A stretch of 64,000 bases of DNA from Rhodosorus marinus CCMP1338 (Eukaryota > Plantae > Rhodophyta): NCBI GenBank assembly GCA_029953675.1, contig JAMWBK010000001.1, forward strand, positions 2,852,001 to 2,916,000. Direction: 5' to 3'. Positions 50,710 to 63,550 of the stretch are shown piece by piece (the stretch's first letter is position 1; each line of letters opens with the position of its first letter). The notes beneath the pieces are model-generated. The model saw nothing but the letters and a program-made list of their open reading frames with translations. It made no database searches and was not told where the DNA came from. Both the position numbers and the translations under genes were made by a program.

Positions 50710-51803
50710 ATGATGAGCATTGGTGAACTTTCGTTGTTTCTTTTCAAGACGTTTTGTGGACTGAATGGGTTGATCTTGCTGGTGCTTTTCGCGCTCCAGA
50801 GGAAGCTGGTATGGCCGGTTCCGAGTATCCCTGTGGATCCCAGAACGTATGGAGCGCAGCTGATTGTCATCGACAAGGTTTTGGGTCGAAGCAATGGAGA
50901 GAAGATCGCGCTCGCACACTACCCGGCTTCCGACCGGTCTGCTCCAGTGCTGGTGTTCTTTCACGGTAGGAGAACAGCTTCATTTCTTACGAGGTGACGT
51001 AGATGGAGGAAATGTTCTCACGAATAGAGGTCTGTGCGCTATGAACAGGAAATGGAGATCAGATCGGCGCTGGAGCTTCGTTTGTAGGTAGGAAGTTTTC
51101 GCGAGCCTATGGATATGGGTTTCTAGCAGTTGAGTACCCAACGTATCCTCTCTCTGAAGGTGGTAACATCAGTGAAACTTCAGCTTATGAGGTGAGCAAC
51201 AATTCTCCTACCTATTTCCCAAAACCTTTTCCAGCTTCATCTAAGCGCAGAAACACTGGTCCTTCTTCAATTAGGCAGCTGAAGCGGCGCTGAGGTTTGT
51301 GATGAACGAGGAAGAAGACTTTTGCGAGACTCTTCTCTTGTCTAAGAAGAATCTTCTCTCTCCCGTTTTGTAGATATTTAACTGAAGATTCCGGGCTTTC
51401 CGTAGCGCGAGAGCGAGTCATAATGATGGGACAGTCGATTGGGACTGGGGTCGCCCTGGAGATGGCCACCCGTGGATGGGGAAAGAAGGTCGTCCTAATC
51501 TCACCCTTCCTTTCGCTGCCCAAACTTGTGGGCAGTATCCTCCCGGACTTCATTGCCTGGTTGAGATTTCTTCTCCTCGACAAGTTCATGAACTCTGCGA
51601 AGATTACCGAACTCGATCAGCCGATCTGCATTATCCACGGTGTTCGTGACGAAATCGTGCCTCACCAACATGGCGAGGAGCTCGCGAAGATTGGTGGAGA
51701 CAAAGTTCAATTCTATAGTATTGAAAACGCTGGACATAACGACATATTCAGATCAGACCTTTCCCTCGAAGTACTTCGGACTGTGGCCAGATTTATAGGA
51801 TGA
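50710..51803 (+). CDS. ABHD13/Bem46-like alpha/beta hydrolase with N-terminal membrane anchor, 4 exons, 282 aa
   Basis: Exons 50710-50965, 51049-51191, 51275-51294, 51374-51803. LQRKLVWP, VFFHGNG, AVEYPTY, nucleophile GQSIG, IIHGVRDEIVP, AGHND. Confidence 0.9.
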
Positions 51804-53474
51804 AACAACAAAACCAAACGGAATAAATGCTAGTGTTAACTTCGGACTCCACAACCCCCAAATCCAGGATGGAAGAAGACAAAAGGACTGATAGGTAGGC
51901 ACTTGAGCTAGCTGTTGACCCACTTGCCGCACTGGGTCAACGTGCTCCAACTGCTCCAACCGCTTTAGTATTGCCGTCGGCCAGGCGGAAGGTGAGGCGG
52001 CGTGGAGCTCCTCTGTCGTCAGAGAACGCGACGACTTTCACAGAGCACACCCAGCCTTTCCTTATGCCGAAGCCAAAACGTTGCTTCCGTGGACCTAGGA
52101 AACGTTGCCCGCTGGCTATTGGACGTAGCGCTTTACCAAGCACAAGATTCAGTCCCAGCCCTCGCAGTCTGTTCGCTTGGCTCCCCAAGTCTGCGCAAAT
52201 GCTGTTTGAAACCTTGAACGACTGTCACTGGGGTGGTCGCTTGCAGTGCGGCTGTAGCTCAGTTCTGAGAACGCTTGGGGGTTTACAGTAGTCAGGCGCT
52301 TCGATTCGCCTGTCTATTGTAAACCCGCTTGAGGCTGGAGTCGGCACCGCTACCCACCATATCCCTAGCAGCGCAGCATCAAGTGTTCCCCGTGCCCAGG
52401 CGCGAGCAAAGAGGTGGGCGCCGGGAAGTTGGAAGCCCTCACGTATTCTGGGAGGTGATGGGAAAGAAGCTAAGCTAGCTCGCGACAGGCTGTTCCTAGG
52501 GCCGGCTGTCCCAGAGTCTACCAAACGCTTCAGGGGACTTCTTGCACACTGGCGTTGGTCACTTTGTCATCGATGCCAGCTTGGAGACGGAAAGGACGCA
52601 AGCAGACTGCGACTGGTATCGACAATCCTTTGCCAGAAACCAAGAGGGTGCGTTGAAGCGTCAAGAGATGCCTCTGCGGGCTCAGGGCTCCGGTCTTGTG
52701 GCAAAATTATACAGTCCTTTCTCCTCTAATAGCGAGAGGGCCAGGTCGGACGACGCTCGAGCGCCGCCACTCTCGCGTGTGCTATGCTATGCGCTTGAAG
52801 GTTCACTCTCTGGACACATCTTCCAATTTGGCTCCGAGAGCACGGCCGTGTTTTCTACAAACAAATGTGTGCTGGCCGTTGGAGATGGTATACCATTCTG
52901 AGAACAGCCACCACCGGTTAGCGCAATTTAGTCCGTTCATCCGCGGCAGCGCTCGTACCGAATTGCTTTCCACACCCACGGAGCCGAGGGATCAAGGAAA
53001 AGATCTTTTCCTCGTAACCTAGTTGTCATCCACCTCTCACCTTGTGAGAAGGTGAGGGAGACAGATGAGTTCCATCCAGGACCCTTTTTTTAATCAAAAT
53101 TTGTAATGTCTCCATCTTCTTCATACTTCGGATATCCAATCAATAGTATGCTGCAGTCCTTCCCGGACATGTCCAGTTCTCCCTCCTCATCGAGGGGAAA
53201 GCCAAATTTCTTCACAAACATGAAAGCTCCAGCTCTGAGAGGAGCAAGGGGTCGGGAGCTGGAAACGCCGCAAGCCAAAACGAGAAGAAGGCGTAAACTT
53301 CTGCGGACTTTCATGTCTCGAACTTTGATCGGTATCTATACTTGATTTCCCGGACGCCGCGGTGTTAGGGGGGGCGGAAAACCAAAAAAATGTCCTGACC
53401 GGCTTCTCTACATCCACGAGAGAACGAAACAACTCTTAAATCCCTTGCCAGCACCCTTGTCCGCCTAATAAAAC

Positions 53475-53930
53475 CCGACTTCTTTCTACTCCCAAACCGT
53501 TTTTTACGTTGCTCAGCCCGGCGGATTGGGCGCCAAACAAACTTGATACGTTTTTTTGGTTACACCCTCGTAGTGACAGGGAAAAACAAAGAAACCAACT
53601 CACTCAACAGGAAAAATCCCCCTTGCTTTTTTGGCCTGGTAAGAAGATCTCCCACTAAACAGTTTAGGATATGGGCCGCACACCTTCATCGCTCTCCTGC
53701 AAGGGACGGCCTGCCCGCATCTTAATTCTGGGGTGCCGCTCGAGCCGTCTGGGACTCCCATGCACCGGGCCAGAGAAAGTAAAAACGGTTTGGGAGTAGA
53801 TAAGAAGTCGGATGGGCTGTAAGAAGATCTCTCACTAAACAATATATATATGGTGTGTGGCGGCACATCTTCATTTCTCTCCTGCTAGGGACTAGTTGCC
53901 ACCATCTTATTCTGGGGTGCGCTCGGGCCG
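53475..53930. repeat. Complex repeat: ~55-bp inverted arms interleaved with a 180-bp-period direct repeat (MITE-like)
   Basis: 53475-53530 is the reverse complement of 53757-53811 (TCTACTCCCAAACCGTTTTT). 53639-53747 is a direct copy of 53819-53930 (GTAAGAAGATCTC.CACTAAACA...TTCTGGGGTGC.GCTCG.GCCG). Confidence 0.75.
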
Positions 53931-55198
53931 GAATGATAAGAGCTTACGATCTATAGGTTTCCAAATAGGCATTCCGTTTTCCCTTTAATCACTCTCTCTT
54001 TGTCTCTTTTCCGCTTCGTGGGGAGGACAACTTTTTCTGACAAAACATCTTCTTTTATAAAACAAAAAAAGCCTCATTTTTTTGGCATCAACGAATTAAT
54101 CATTCTAACCCTTAATAAATGGCATTAAAATTTTCCTAAACGAAATAATGACCGTGATCTTTACCCCCCCCTTTTGTACACCATATTTTTGTTTGGTATC
54201 CAATAAATTTCAATGCTTACAACACCCTCTGAGTACAAATACTAAACTGGTTCATATGATGTTTATTGATAAATATTTTTAGCTTGATTCCCGAACAGAT
54301 TTTTGACAAGGGGGGGTGGGTAATTCTTGACCCTCTGGATCTACCTTAACGAAAAATTCCATACGATTCGTTTTTATATATATAAGTTTTTTTTTCTTCG
54401 TCGACATGATTTTTATTTTTGGAAATTTTATGGACGATTTCGTATTGATTTGCTGAAGGAGCAAAAGTTTCTTCGGTGGCATTTAAAGTGGAGGGGGCCG
54501 CGAGAAAGGAAGTTGGTAAGGCCGTGCTAATTACTGTGACTTTGCCATTGTTAGGGATCATGTGAAGAAGTGTGTTGTGTTTTGGAAGGACTTTTCCATT
54601 GATGAGGGAGAGGTGGGGGGAGGGGAGTTGAGGTGGGAATGTTTTCGTTTTTGGTTAGTCCGGGTGAGCGAGCGTGTTTGATCCTTGGTCTTTTTGGCGG
54701 TCCGCGGGGTGTTTTTTTTTTTTTTCTCTTCCCTTCGCGCACGCCTTCGATTCACTTATGGCTGCTTTTTGTAAATCGATGGAATCCTTTTTTTTAATCA
54801 AAGACAACTGGCCTGATCGGATCGAACTGTGCCGATTACCTGTTGAAGGTTGTGCAATGACGTCCTAGATAAGCCTTGGAAGGCGTGGAGGGATATACCA
54901 GCAAATGACAAGGAGACGTTCCTCGACCGGAGCGGGAATATTAGCACGCACCTCAAATGCAGAGCATGATGGAGGAAGAAAAGGGATGGCTCCTGATCCA
55001 TCAATTCGGGAGTATGCGTTTCGCCCCTCCCCGGATTTTTTTTCGGACCAGGCGATTTTCGTTTCGGAAAAAACTTTCATACTCTCAGCTTTCTTCATTG
55101 GCCGCTAGCCAATTCTATTCCATAGAGTGGCCTTCTGATGCAAAATAGCACCTCAACTTCAGGGCACGTCTACCTACCACTTACCCACCGATATCCAT

Positions 55199-55290
55199 AT
55201 ACACACACACAAACACATACTCTTACACACACGCACACACTAATGCACACTCTTACACATATACGCTCACATACTCTCACAAACGCTCAC
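55199..55290 (+). repeat. Degenerate CA-rich simple repeat
   Basis: ACACAC/CACAT/CTCAC units. Confidence 0.7.
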
Positions 55291-58156
55291 CTTCCAAATG
55301 TGCCGGACCTTCCTGGTCCTTCCCACCTCCTATCCACAACGGCCAAGCCCTTCTTCGCATCAGGAATTCCATTCGTATTTTTCTTCTAATGAGTTGATCA
55401 GCGGAGAAAGATTTACTGTAAGCGAAGATTGACGCTTGCCTCAAGAACAAATTTTTTGATAATTTTGGAGCCAAGAAATACCCTCTTTGTTTCTGTTTAA
55501 TTTTAAAACAATACAATCCAGTCCATCCTCGCCGGGTTTTTCCAGCCTTTTCCTTTTTATTTTATTTTCTAATCTTCAGAAAAAAGACCTCAAATTCATA
55601 GCGCCAAAGTACACCAAACTAGAATGGCAGTTTTTTGAGATTCTATAAAGAACAATATCATAGTGAAAAAAGGCCAAGAAGGGAGGGGAAAAAAAAAGTT
55701 TCCCTTCTTGGGGGGTAAAAACATGGTGATTACTGAGTGATTACATCGAAACCATATGAAAATCCTTGCTATTTAACCAATTTCGCATATTTCAAAAAGG
55801 AAGACGAAGTGTTATAAATTTACCAATATTCAACTTTTAGCTAGACTGGGGTGAGTTTGACCAATCTTGCCGAGACATGTTTCAAAATATTTATTGAAGT
55901 CGAATTTTTTTAGGGGTCGTTCTGTGTGGAGTAGCTAAATGGTACAAAAACTTCAATGAAAAAGTACTAGTTTTTTTGAAAATGTAAGAAGGGGGGTTAA
56001 ATTGATTCTGTTGTTTATTTATTTTGTTATATTTTTTGAAGGGGAAGCTATAGTTTTTTTTGTTTTAGGGGGAAAGTGGATGTATTGCGGGATATCGAAT
56101 ATTGACACGAAAGAGCATCACAATGACGTGAAAGTAGGTCGAAAATCTTCTTTTAGATGAAATAGAGTAGCTAGGTTTGAAAAGTAGCTATGAGGATCAA
56201 GGAAAGGAACAAAATTGTTTTGAAACGAGGAAGAGGAGGCAGGTCTGGTCACTAATGCTTTCTCGATTCGGGATTTCCGAGGGGGGACGGTGGGGGGTGA
56301 GGGGGGGGGGGGGTTGGTTTTGGTTACTGGCTTGATGATGCGCGCACCTTTGCTACGTATGATATGTATTCAATCAAGAAGTCTTGCAACCAGCCGATCG
56401 TGTTCCACGAAAGCAAAGGCTAGAAGCCGATCTGTTTTTGGATGGAACTACAGTGAGGAGGACGAATCTGTGCGTGCAGAATCCATCGAGCCGAGTGGCA
56501 AAATACAATGTTGAGCGTCTCACAGACAGAGCACCAAAGCAAATCGTCTTTGTGTAAGTCGGCTGAGCAAAGACCGCTCGGAAACGGAACTGAGGTCGTC
56601 TCCCCAGCGTACGAATGAGACTTGTAAGACGACTCGGCGGTATATGATGTGCAGAGCAAGCATAATAGCACGATATCCCTTGTGTATTCGAAAACATACT
56701 AACACTTCACTGGTGTCCAATTGTCGGACGGGAGAAAAAGCAGCCAAGAGTTCTGCCGATCGCCGCGGAACAACTGCCGCGTGGCCCAATAAGCCTTGTG
56801 CATACTAGCTAGCTAGCACAAACTCCAACTCATCATCGTTCTAACTTCATAGGCTCCAACTGCCGTGTAATTACGTAGCTCCTGCTGCCCGCTCCACAAA
56901 AGCTCCACCTACACACAAGAAAAGGAAGAAAAGAAAAACCCTGACCGACCACAAAAAAGAAAAAAAAAGAGAGAGGGGAAGGAATCGTGTGACGCCTTTG
57001 AACACATGGTCAATCCTGCTGACCGTCATCCATCATCCGGTGCACGGCTGTACGTGGACCGACCTCAAAGATGCCAAGCAATCTCCAGGACACAAATGCG
57101 AATAAACGCTCCCTTCCTCCCGCCCACCCCGTCCCACCCCCTAACACATCCCCACGTTGATAGCCATAGTAAACGACCGACTTGGTACTAAAACCCCACC
57201 ATCCCAAACTCTTTTAAAACTCCCTTGTTAAATCCCGTTTTCCCTGCCCAAAAAAATCACCTACTCCCGCAAACAAAAAATTAGAGTATAAAACTACTCC
57301 AACCCCTTATTGGAAACCTCCACCAAAAAAAAGTTTCTAATCTCTCTATAAAAAGGAGGAAATATTGGTCAACTTTATTACCTTCCAAAAACGTCAGTTT
57401 TATTTACAACAACAAAAACCCACCAAAAAGGCCCACCAAAAAAGCCTCTCCCGATTTATTTCGATTAAATATTATTCTCTATCCCTTTTTTGTTGAAAAC
57501 ATTACCAGTTTGAAAGCCATTTCGGATACTCTCGAAATGGAGAGAATTTTGATACCCCTCACTGGCGGACTCTTTTTTTGAATGGGAATTTTGGTTACTT
57601 CCGTACTTCTTTTTGCCCCTTTGGTATGTTTTTTTTTGTTATTTCCAAAAGGGACCGGATTTTTGTTGTTTTTTTGTTGTTTTTTTGTTGCTCACTCCGT
57701 AATGTTGTAATTTGGTGGGTCTAAAGGGGGTGGGGGTGGGGGCCCGGGGGTAGGCGGCCTTGAGAAATGTATTTTTTTATGTCTCAGAAAAGACGGTCAG
57801 CACGGGGCGGGAGAGGAGAGGGAAGGGGGGAGGGTGTAATAGAAGGGGGAGCTTTCAGTATTGGAGATACTGAAAACACTGATAGATGTTGAGGTTAAGA
57901 TGTGCGTCTGGATTGGTTTGGGTAGGTTAGGGGAAGAGGGACGGGGGTTTGGGGGGGGGTGAGGATCGAGAGAGAGTTGGGGGTTTGGCGTGGTGGGTTG
58001 GGCTGGATTTGTGAGAGCTGGAGTGAATTGGTGGGCGTGGTAGTTTGCTGAGGTTGTAGGTTTTGACGGAGGGAGGGGGTTGAAAACCCTATGGGTGAGG
58101 AAAGGGGAGGGAAAGATGAGCGACGATGCTTCTCACCATGAACAGCGCGAGAGCTG

Positions 58157-58672
58157 ATGTCGGATGCTAGTGTGAAAGATGGGAGCTCCCACAGGATGAG
58201 CGTCTCGTTTCTGGTTGGTGAGACTTCCGATGAAGCGTCTTCGTCGGCACCGAGGGTCCAGGAAGAGGGGAGTGGTTCTAGTAAGGGGTCAGGAAGGGCA
58301 AAGGAGACTGCTCATCAGTGTCCCGTTTGCCAGGCCCAGTGTAAATTTAAGAGTGAGCTGTTGTACCATGATTATTTGCACGGATTGAACAAGGACATCA
58401 CAGTATGCCAGGAGTGCGAGCTGGGGTTCACCAAGATGTTCACCTATAGGAGCCACATCAAATGCGTTCACCAAAAAATAAAGCGGTACAAGTGCGCGGA
58501 ATGTGGGAAGGGTTTCTACTTCAAGAAGGACTTGCCCAAGCACGAAACTGCCGTACATGCGAAATTGAAGCCTTTCTCCTGTACGAGCTGTGGTAAATCG
58601 TTTGCTAAGAGGGAACACCTCCAGAGGCATGCAAGAACAGTCCACGGTACCGGCTCGCCAAGTACCGGTTAA
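58157..58672 (+). CDS. C2H2 zinc-finger transcription factor (4 fingers), 171 aa
   Basis: CPVC...HDYLH, CQEC...HIKCVH, YKCAECGKGF...HETAVH and FSCTSCGKSFAKREHLQRHARTVH. Confidence 0.93.
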   Translation: MSDASVKDGSSHRMSVSFLVGETSDEASSSAPRVQEEGSGSSKGSGRAKETAHQCPVCQAQCKFKSELLYHDYLHGLNKDITVCQECELGFTKMFTYRSHIKCVHQKIKRYKCAECGKGFYFKKDLPKHETAVHAKLKPFSCTSCGKSFAKREHLQRHARTVHGTGSPSTG

Positions 58673-61600
58673 GGATTCCTGATTAGAATGACATTCAAGG
58701 AGCTAAGATGAGGACGCACTTTTTTTTTCCCCAGAAACCGCTCGATCGACAGTGTCTTCTATTGTGCTTGCGCCTCAGCACGAGTCACGTTCTTGCAGCG
58801 GTTTCTCGCGCGGATAGTTGGGTTCTTGAGATCGCCCGTGCGGAGGCCGTTTTGTAGTGGTTGTAGGGCGTGTGCGGATGTGCCAACTGTAAATTGCTTT
58901 GATGCGGACGATTGAATATGTTCCCCCAGGCTCGACGTAGCAAGGAGTGCTGTGGTTGCTTAGGAAACCAGCACAAGCGAGGGGAGTGCCAAAGCGCCTC
59001 CTCCTCGTTAGGTTGATGTAACCTCTTCAGCGATGTGCTGCAGAACTTGGACCGGGACGAGGCGTAAGCGGAAACATGAGGATCGCCCAGTACGAATAAA
59101 TTGACTAACATTTTCATCCCAACTCACCCATGAAGTTTGCCCTCCTGACCAGGATCCACCTCTCGATCATCGACACCCGCAAGAGCTCTCTCGCCTTGAA
59201 CAATTTGATCATTTGCTGATTGCTACCTATCGCAACTCGTTCGTACGCCTGGCCAACCAAATAGGACGTCTTTTTGTTACCCGACTACGTAGAACCAACG
59301 TGACAAACCGTGACGTCTAGTATTCAATATCATTTCCCAAACCAACTCAGCCCCCAAGAACGCCAAAAATACACATTTACCGCCACACTTGTTCGTTGAG
59401 AAGTTCTAAATTGAGGACATAGCATTTGAACCAGGTTATATTTATCAATAATTTAATATCCGTTTTTAGCCTCTCAGCGTTGTCCCAAACGGTCCACTCC
59501 TTGAATCAAGTTTTCGGGGGTTTTGATTCGATCATCACTGGATGAATATGAAAGAAATCAAGACGTATATCCCAAAACAATGTTTTTACGTTATCAAAAT
59601 TCGTGAATATGTTTTTAAAATTTATCCTCCTCCAGGAAGTGAAGGGGTGGAGAATTATTGCCAGCGATGAGCGGGGCGCAGAATCGTATTCTTCGGGAGT
59701 TGACGATCGGGGAATGTGTAGTAGGGTTCACTTATGCGCACCGTGGGTCGCATCTGAACCGCAGTGGATCAGTTTCTGGAAAGGCATGATGGACTCGCTT
59801 TGTGGGTGTTGGATGGACAACCCGGCATCAATACAAACTGACCTTTTAGTGAGTGTTGGTTTGTTAGCCCGCGACAGAGAATAACAGAGGATATCAGAAA
59901 GTGGTTAGACAGACGGATCTCCGTTCAACAGAGCAGAAACATCGTTGGTCTACTTGGAACGAAGAACCTGCGAGGATCTCCTCATGCGGGAACCAAGGCG
60001 TTCCTTAGAAGCAATTTCTTGCAGAGAAGCGTCTCTCAGCTTTGTTTCTTGCTGGAGATGACCCGAAGACCATGTTCATTATTGAGCGCAGGATTCCCCA
60101 CCAAAGGAAGGAATTCAGGCTCTCCTAAACTCCTTAAAATAAGTTTTATTGAGTTTAATTGGGCCAATTATATCGTTCTTACTTTCGTTTCAACCTATTA
60201 TCATCTGTTATCCAGCATTATCTCTGAAATTACTTCGCTATTCAAATTGACTTTTTTATTTAGATTTTAAGAGGGTTTTTCAGGTAATATTGAAACAAAA
60301 AGAGTGTAGTCGAACGGAAAGCTGAATTGCGTAATAGTTAGGAGTGTTGTCTTCTGGCTCGCCTTCGATGGAAGTTTCCGAGACCTGAATTTAGAAATAA
60401 AAAAGGGTCCATCCGATAGCCTTCATAACAGTCCACTATTCCTCAATCAACGACTGTTGTTGATTGAATCTCAATCTTCTTCTTCTTCAGGACAGTGTGT
60501 CTAGTCCAATTTCAAGATCTTGTTAACCACTACTCGGCACTGAAGTCTGGGTTGCTGACGAGGGTACAGTGGGAATTTGGTGCTCACTGACCTGACTGCT
60601 CGCAGGAGAGAATGTCTCGACTTGTATTTTCGTCGTCATCAGGCTGCGTGCTATCTTCCCACGTCTGTACATCGTCGTGATGCTGCCGCCGGTTCAATGC
60701 GAGGACTGATGGAGTCTCGGTACGCTGAGGCGATGACTCATCTAACCTATCGGGACTCGGCACTGTTCCCTAGGTTTTTACGGCTGATCATCGACTACAT
60801 CTGTCTTTTAGAGAATGTTGCTTCTCGATGGCATCATCGTGTTTTTCGCAATGCCCCCGGCTCGTCACGGAGCTGTCTGCTACTCTCTGGCGTTCGAACG
60901 CTTCGTTGCTGGTGGACGAGCGTCATCAGCGCCTTTCCTTCCGCTCCTCAGTGTAGATAGTCTCTGACTAAACTGATCATCAAACAAGTGTACTTACCAT
61001 CCTTCCTCTAACAGGTCCCCAGGGACGGCTAGCCGATCCGACCCTTTTGGCGGGCACTGGCAAATACCGCAGTCGGTGTATTCGAGCCTACTAGTAAACG
61101 CTGCGAATTGATGTCCACTCGTCCGGGACATAAAGTTCGTCAACCCACCAATTATCCTTCCGAACACTTGGGTTTTCGTTTGCCAAAATTTGAGGTTTAT
61201 TTCATCCCTCTTCTAGTTGCTGACGGTACTTCTACCACTACTACTACTTCCCCACAGACTTAAAATTATTCGAGTCGTTTATTCAGAGACCACAATCCTG
61301 AAGGGAAGAAGATTGGACTAGACTAAGAGGGCAAGCCTCCAAGATAAAGTCCGCATGGGAACGCCACAGCGTGAAGCTCAACGAATTGAGGAAACGTGAG
61401 AGTGTCTCATCAAGATCGCGAAAACAATCGCCACTAAGCTCTCGAGGAATCCAAAGACCTCAAAAGAACCTGTGTGACAAAACCAACTGCAGGATGGTGA
61501 CGTTCGTAAGGGCCTCCTGTTACACCACTTCCTAGCGGCGGCGCATGATGCAAGCAGCCGCACCTCGCTAGCGGCCCGAAGAAGACAAAACACCGCCGAG

Positions 61601-62010
61601 GGCAAGCGGGCCGCTTGCCAGGGGGAACTGCCAGGTCTACACACATGTTGCGAGGTCCGTCCTCCAAGACAGGGTCAGCAACTCTCCGGGGACCAACGGG
61701 ACCTTGACTGAATGAAGCGTGGAAGCTTTATTCAATGAACGTGTTTACAACTTTTAAACTAGAGTCTTCGTCAGCATCTCCGATAGAGCTCTTCCTCACC
61801 TGCCATCCAATTGAACTAATCATATTAATATCCTACTGAAAACTAACGAAATCCTATAATCTTTTGTTCTCGCTTCCATAACAGTGTCCATGCGATGGTC
61901 CAAGTATTCTCTCCTTCAGAACGTGTGGGGCTTCAGCCCATCCTGAACCTCGTGCAATGTAAAAAACTTTCCCGTTCAATATGTATGTGACAATAAAGCC
62001 ATATGTATAT

Positions 62011-62136
62011 GACAGCCTGTCGAACTCATAAGTAATCAGAATCCAAAATAAACTGACAGCCTGTCATATCGAGAAGTATTCATGATTCAATATTTGGAGC
62101 GGAGATGATTGATTATTGACCTGACGTTGATTGAAT
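62011..62136 (+). repeat. Dispersed copy of the internal segment of the 22.9-25.5 kb TIR element
   Basis: ACAGCCTGTCGAACTCATAAGTAATC and AGAAGTATTCATGATTCAATA...GGAGATGATTGATT...TTGATTGAAT match the minus strand of 25110-25140 joined to 23085-23191. Confidence 0.7.
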
Positions 62137-62294
62137 CTCACAGGTTTTAACAAAAGACCTTCTAAGTGGACAATCTTTTTTTAGAAGCACTTCTGTCAGG
62201 CACATTTTGTTTTCTACATTTATTCAATATTGTATCGCACAGAAGAAAAGGGTGTTTTTACCATATATAGAAGTGGGAGCGCAACAGCAAAACA

Positions 62295-62322
62295 GTTGTT
62301 GCTGTTGTTGTTGTTGTTGTTG
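62295..62322 (+). repeat. (GTT)n microsatellite
   Basis: About 9 GTT/GCT units. Confidence 0.85.
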
Positions 62323-63296
62323 GTGATGGTGAAGTGCGAACATTGTGCACAGGAGAGACGTTCTGGTATACTGAAAAAAAAAAAGCTCAGGGAAAAAAGC
62401 CAAGGCTACATACGGGGTTGCACAAGTCCGTCCGCATCCTCCAGCCAAAGTCAGGAAAACTCTCTCAAGCCTTCGGGGGGACTGACGGGGCCTTTTAATG
62501 GATCGAAATGTGTAAAAACGCTATTGAATGAATGGGTTTAGATCATTTTACGCTCTGGCGCTGTACTGCTGCCCTAGTTTTGGAGGCACGCTCTCTAACG
62601 TCCTTCCAGGGTACCTCATTCGGGGACCTTAGCCTCCGACTAAATAAAAATAAAAACAAGATGATGATGTGTGGAGTGTGTAGGATGATGAAATGTCGTC
62701 TTTTGAATACTTTTACACACGCTGACCAGGAAACGGGAGAAGAATCTACCCTCCATACCAAAGGGATTTGGAGCATGCACGCGAGATTCCGCCGGGCCCC
62801 CGTGGATGCTTCCAAGAGTCCTACCCTGCGTAATGGTGTAATCTTGGTAGAACTGATCTTGCGCTGGGCGTGCTGTTGCGGGGTTCTTGAGTGAGTTCTG
62901 CAGGGGATCCTCACTCGTGGATGGTTGTTTGGAGTTGGAGCCCATCGCGTGGGACTTGGAAGTTAGCAAAAAGTTCTTGTGTGGAGCTGAAGGCTGTCTA
63001 CCGCTACACTGACACTCGCTCGTTGGGCCCTGTCCGAACACCACCAACAGTATCACTTTGTCTTGCACCCCTCATCGCGGCACCCTTTCGGGAATCCTGG
63101 CCTCTGGGCTAAAGCGATGATGCCGATGATTGTCACTTTGCAAACCGTCCAAGGGTTGCAGTATCTGCTGTCTCATTCCAACTGGTCCATGGCCTCCCAC
63201 CCTCCCCCACCCCCCCGACAAAGTCCATGTCTGGTATAGCTTCCATGGCCCCCCATCCCGCGTTAAAGGGGCATGCTGGCGTTCAGTCGCCATGCC

Positions 63297-63462
63297 GCAC
63301 CAACGGAGCCTGCCTGACGATCCATGCAGTAGCTCGTGGTCTAGCACCAACCTGACGATCCATGAAGTTGCTCGCGGTCTAGCACCGACGGAGCTGACCA
63401 TCCATGCAGTAGCTCGCCGTTAGCGCCAACGGAGCCTGAAGATCTATGTAGTCACTCGCCGC
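63297..63462 (+). repeat. Four-unit 38-47 bp minisatellite
   Basis: Units start at 63297, 63344, 63382 and 63423; consensus GCACCAACGGAG..CTGACGATCCATGCAGTAGCTCGCGGTCTA. Confidence 0.88.
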
Positions 63463-63550
63463 CCAACTTGTCAAGGTGCGTAGTAAAAACAAATTAAAAC
63501 TGAATTTCGCAATAACCGTCCCCGCAAAATACTAAGAATGTCCACAAAAA

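Noticed and set aside
59716-59723. U2 snRNA branch-pairing motif GTGTAGTA
   Set aside because: Flanks do not match U2 stem I or the downstream TCTGTTC; a chance 8-mer.
58740-63100. Short ORFs at 58.8-59.1, 59.6-59.9, 60.6-61.0, 61.4-61.7 and 62.5-63.1 kb
   Set aside because: No motifs, frequent stops and no consistent splice model; probably decayed repeats or unmodelled genes.
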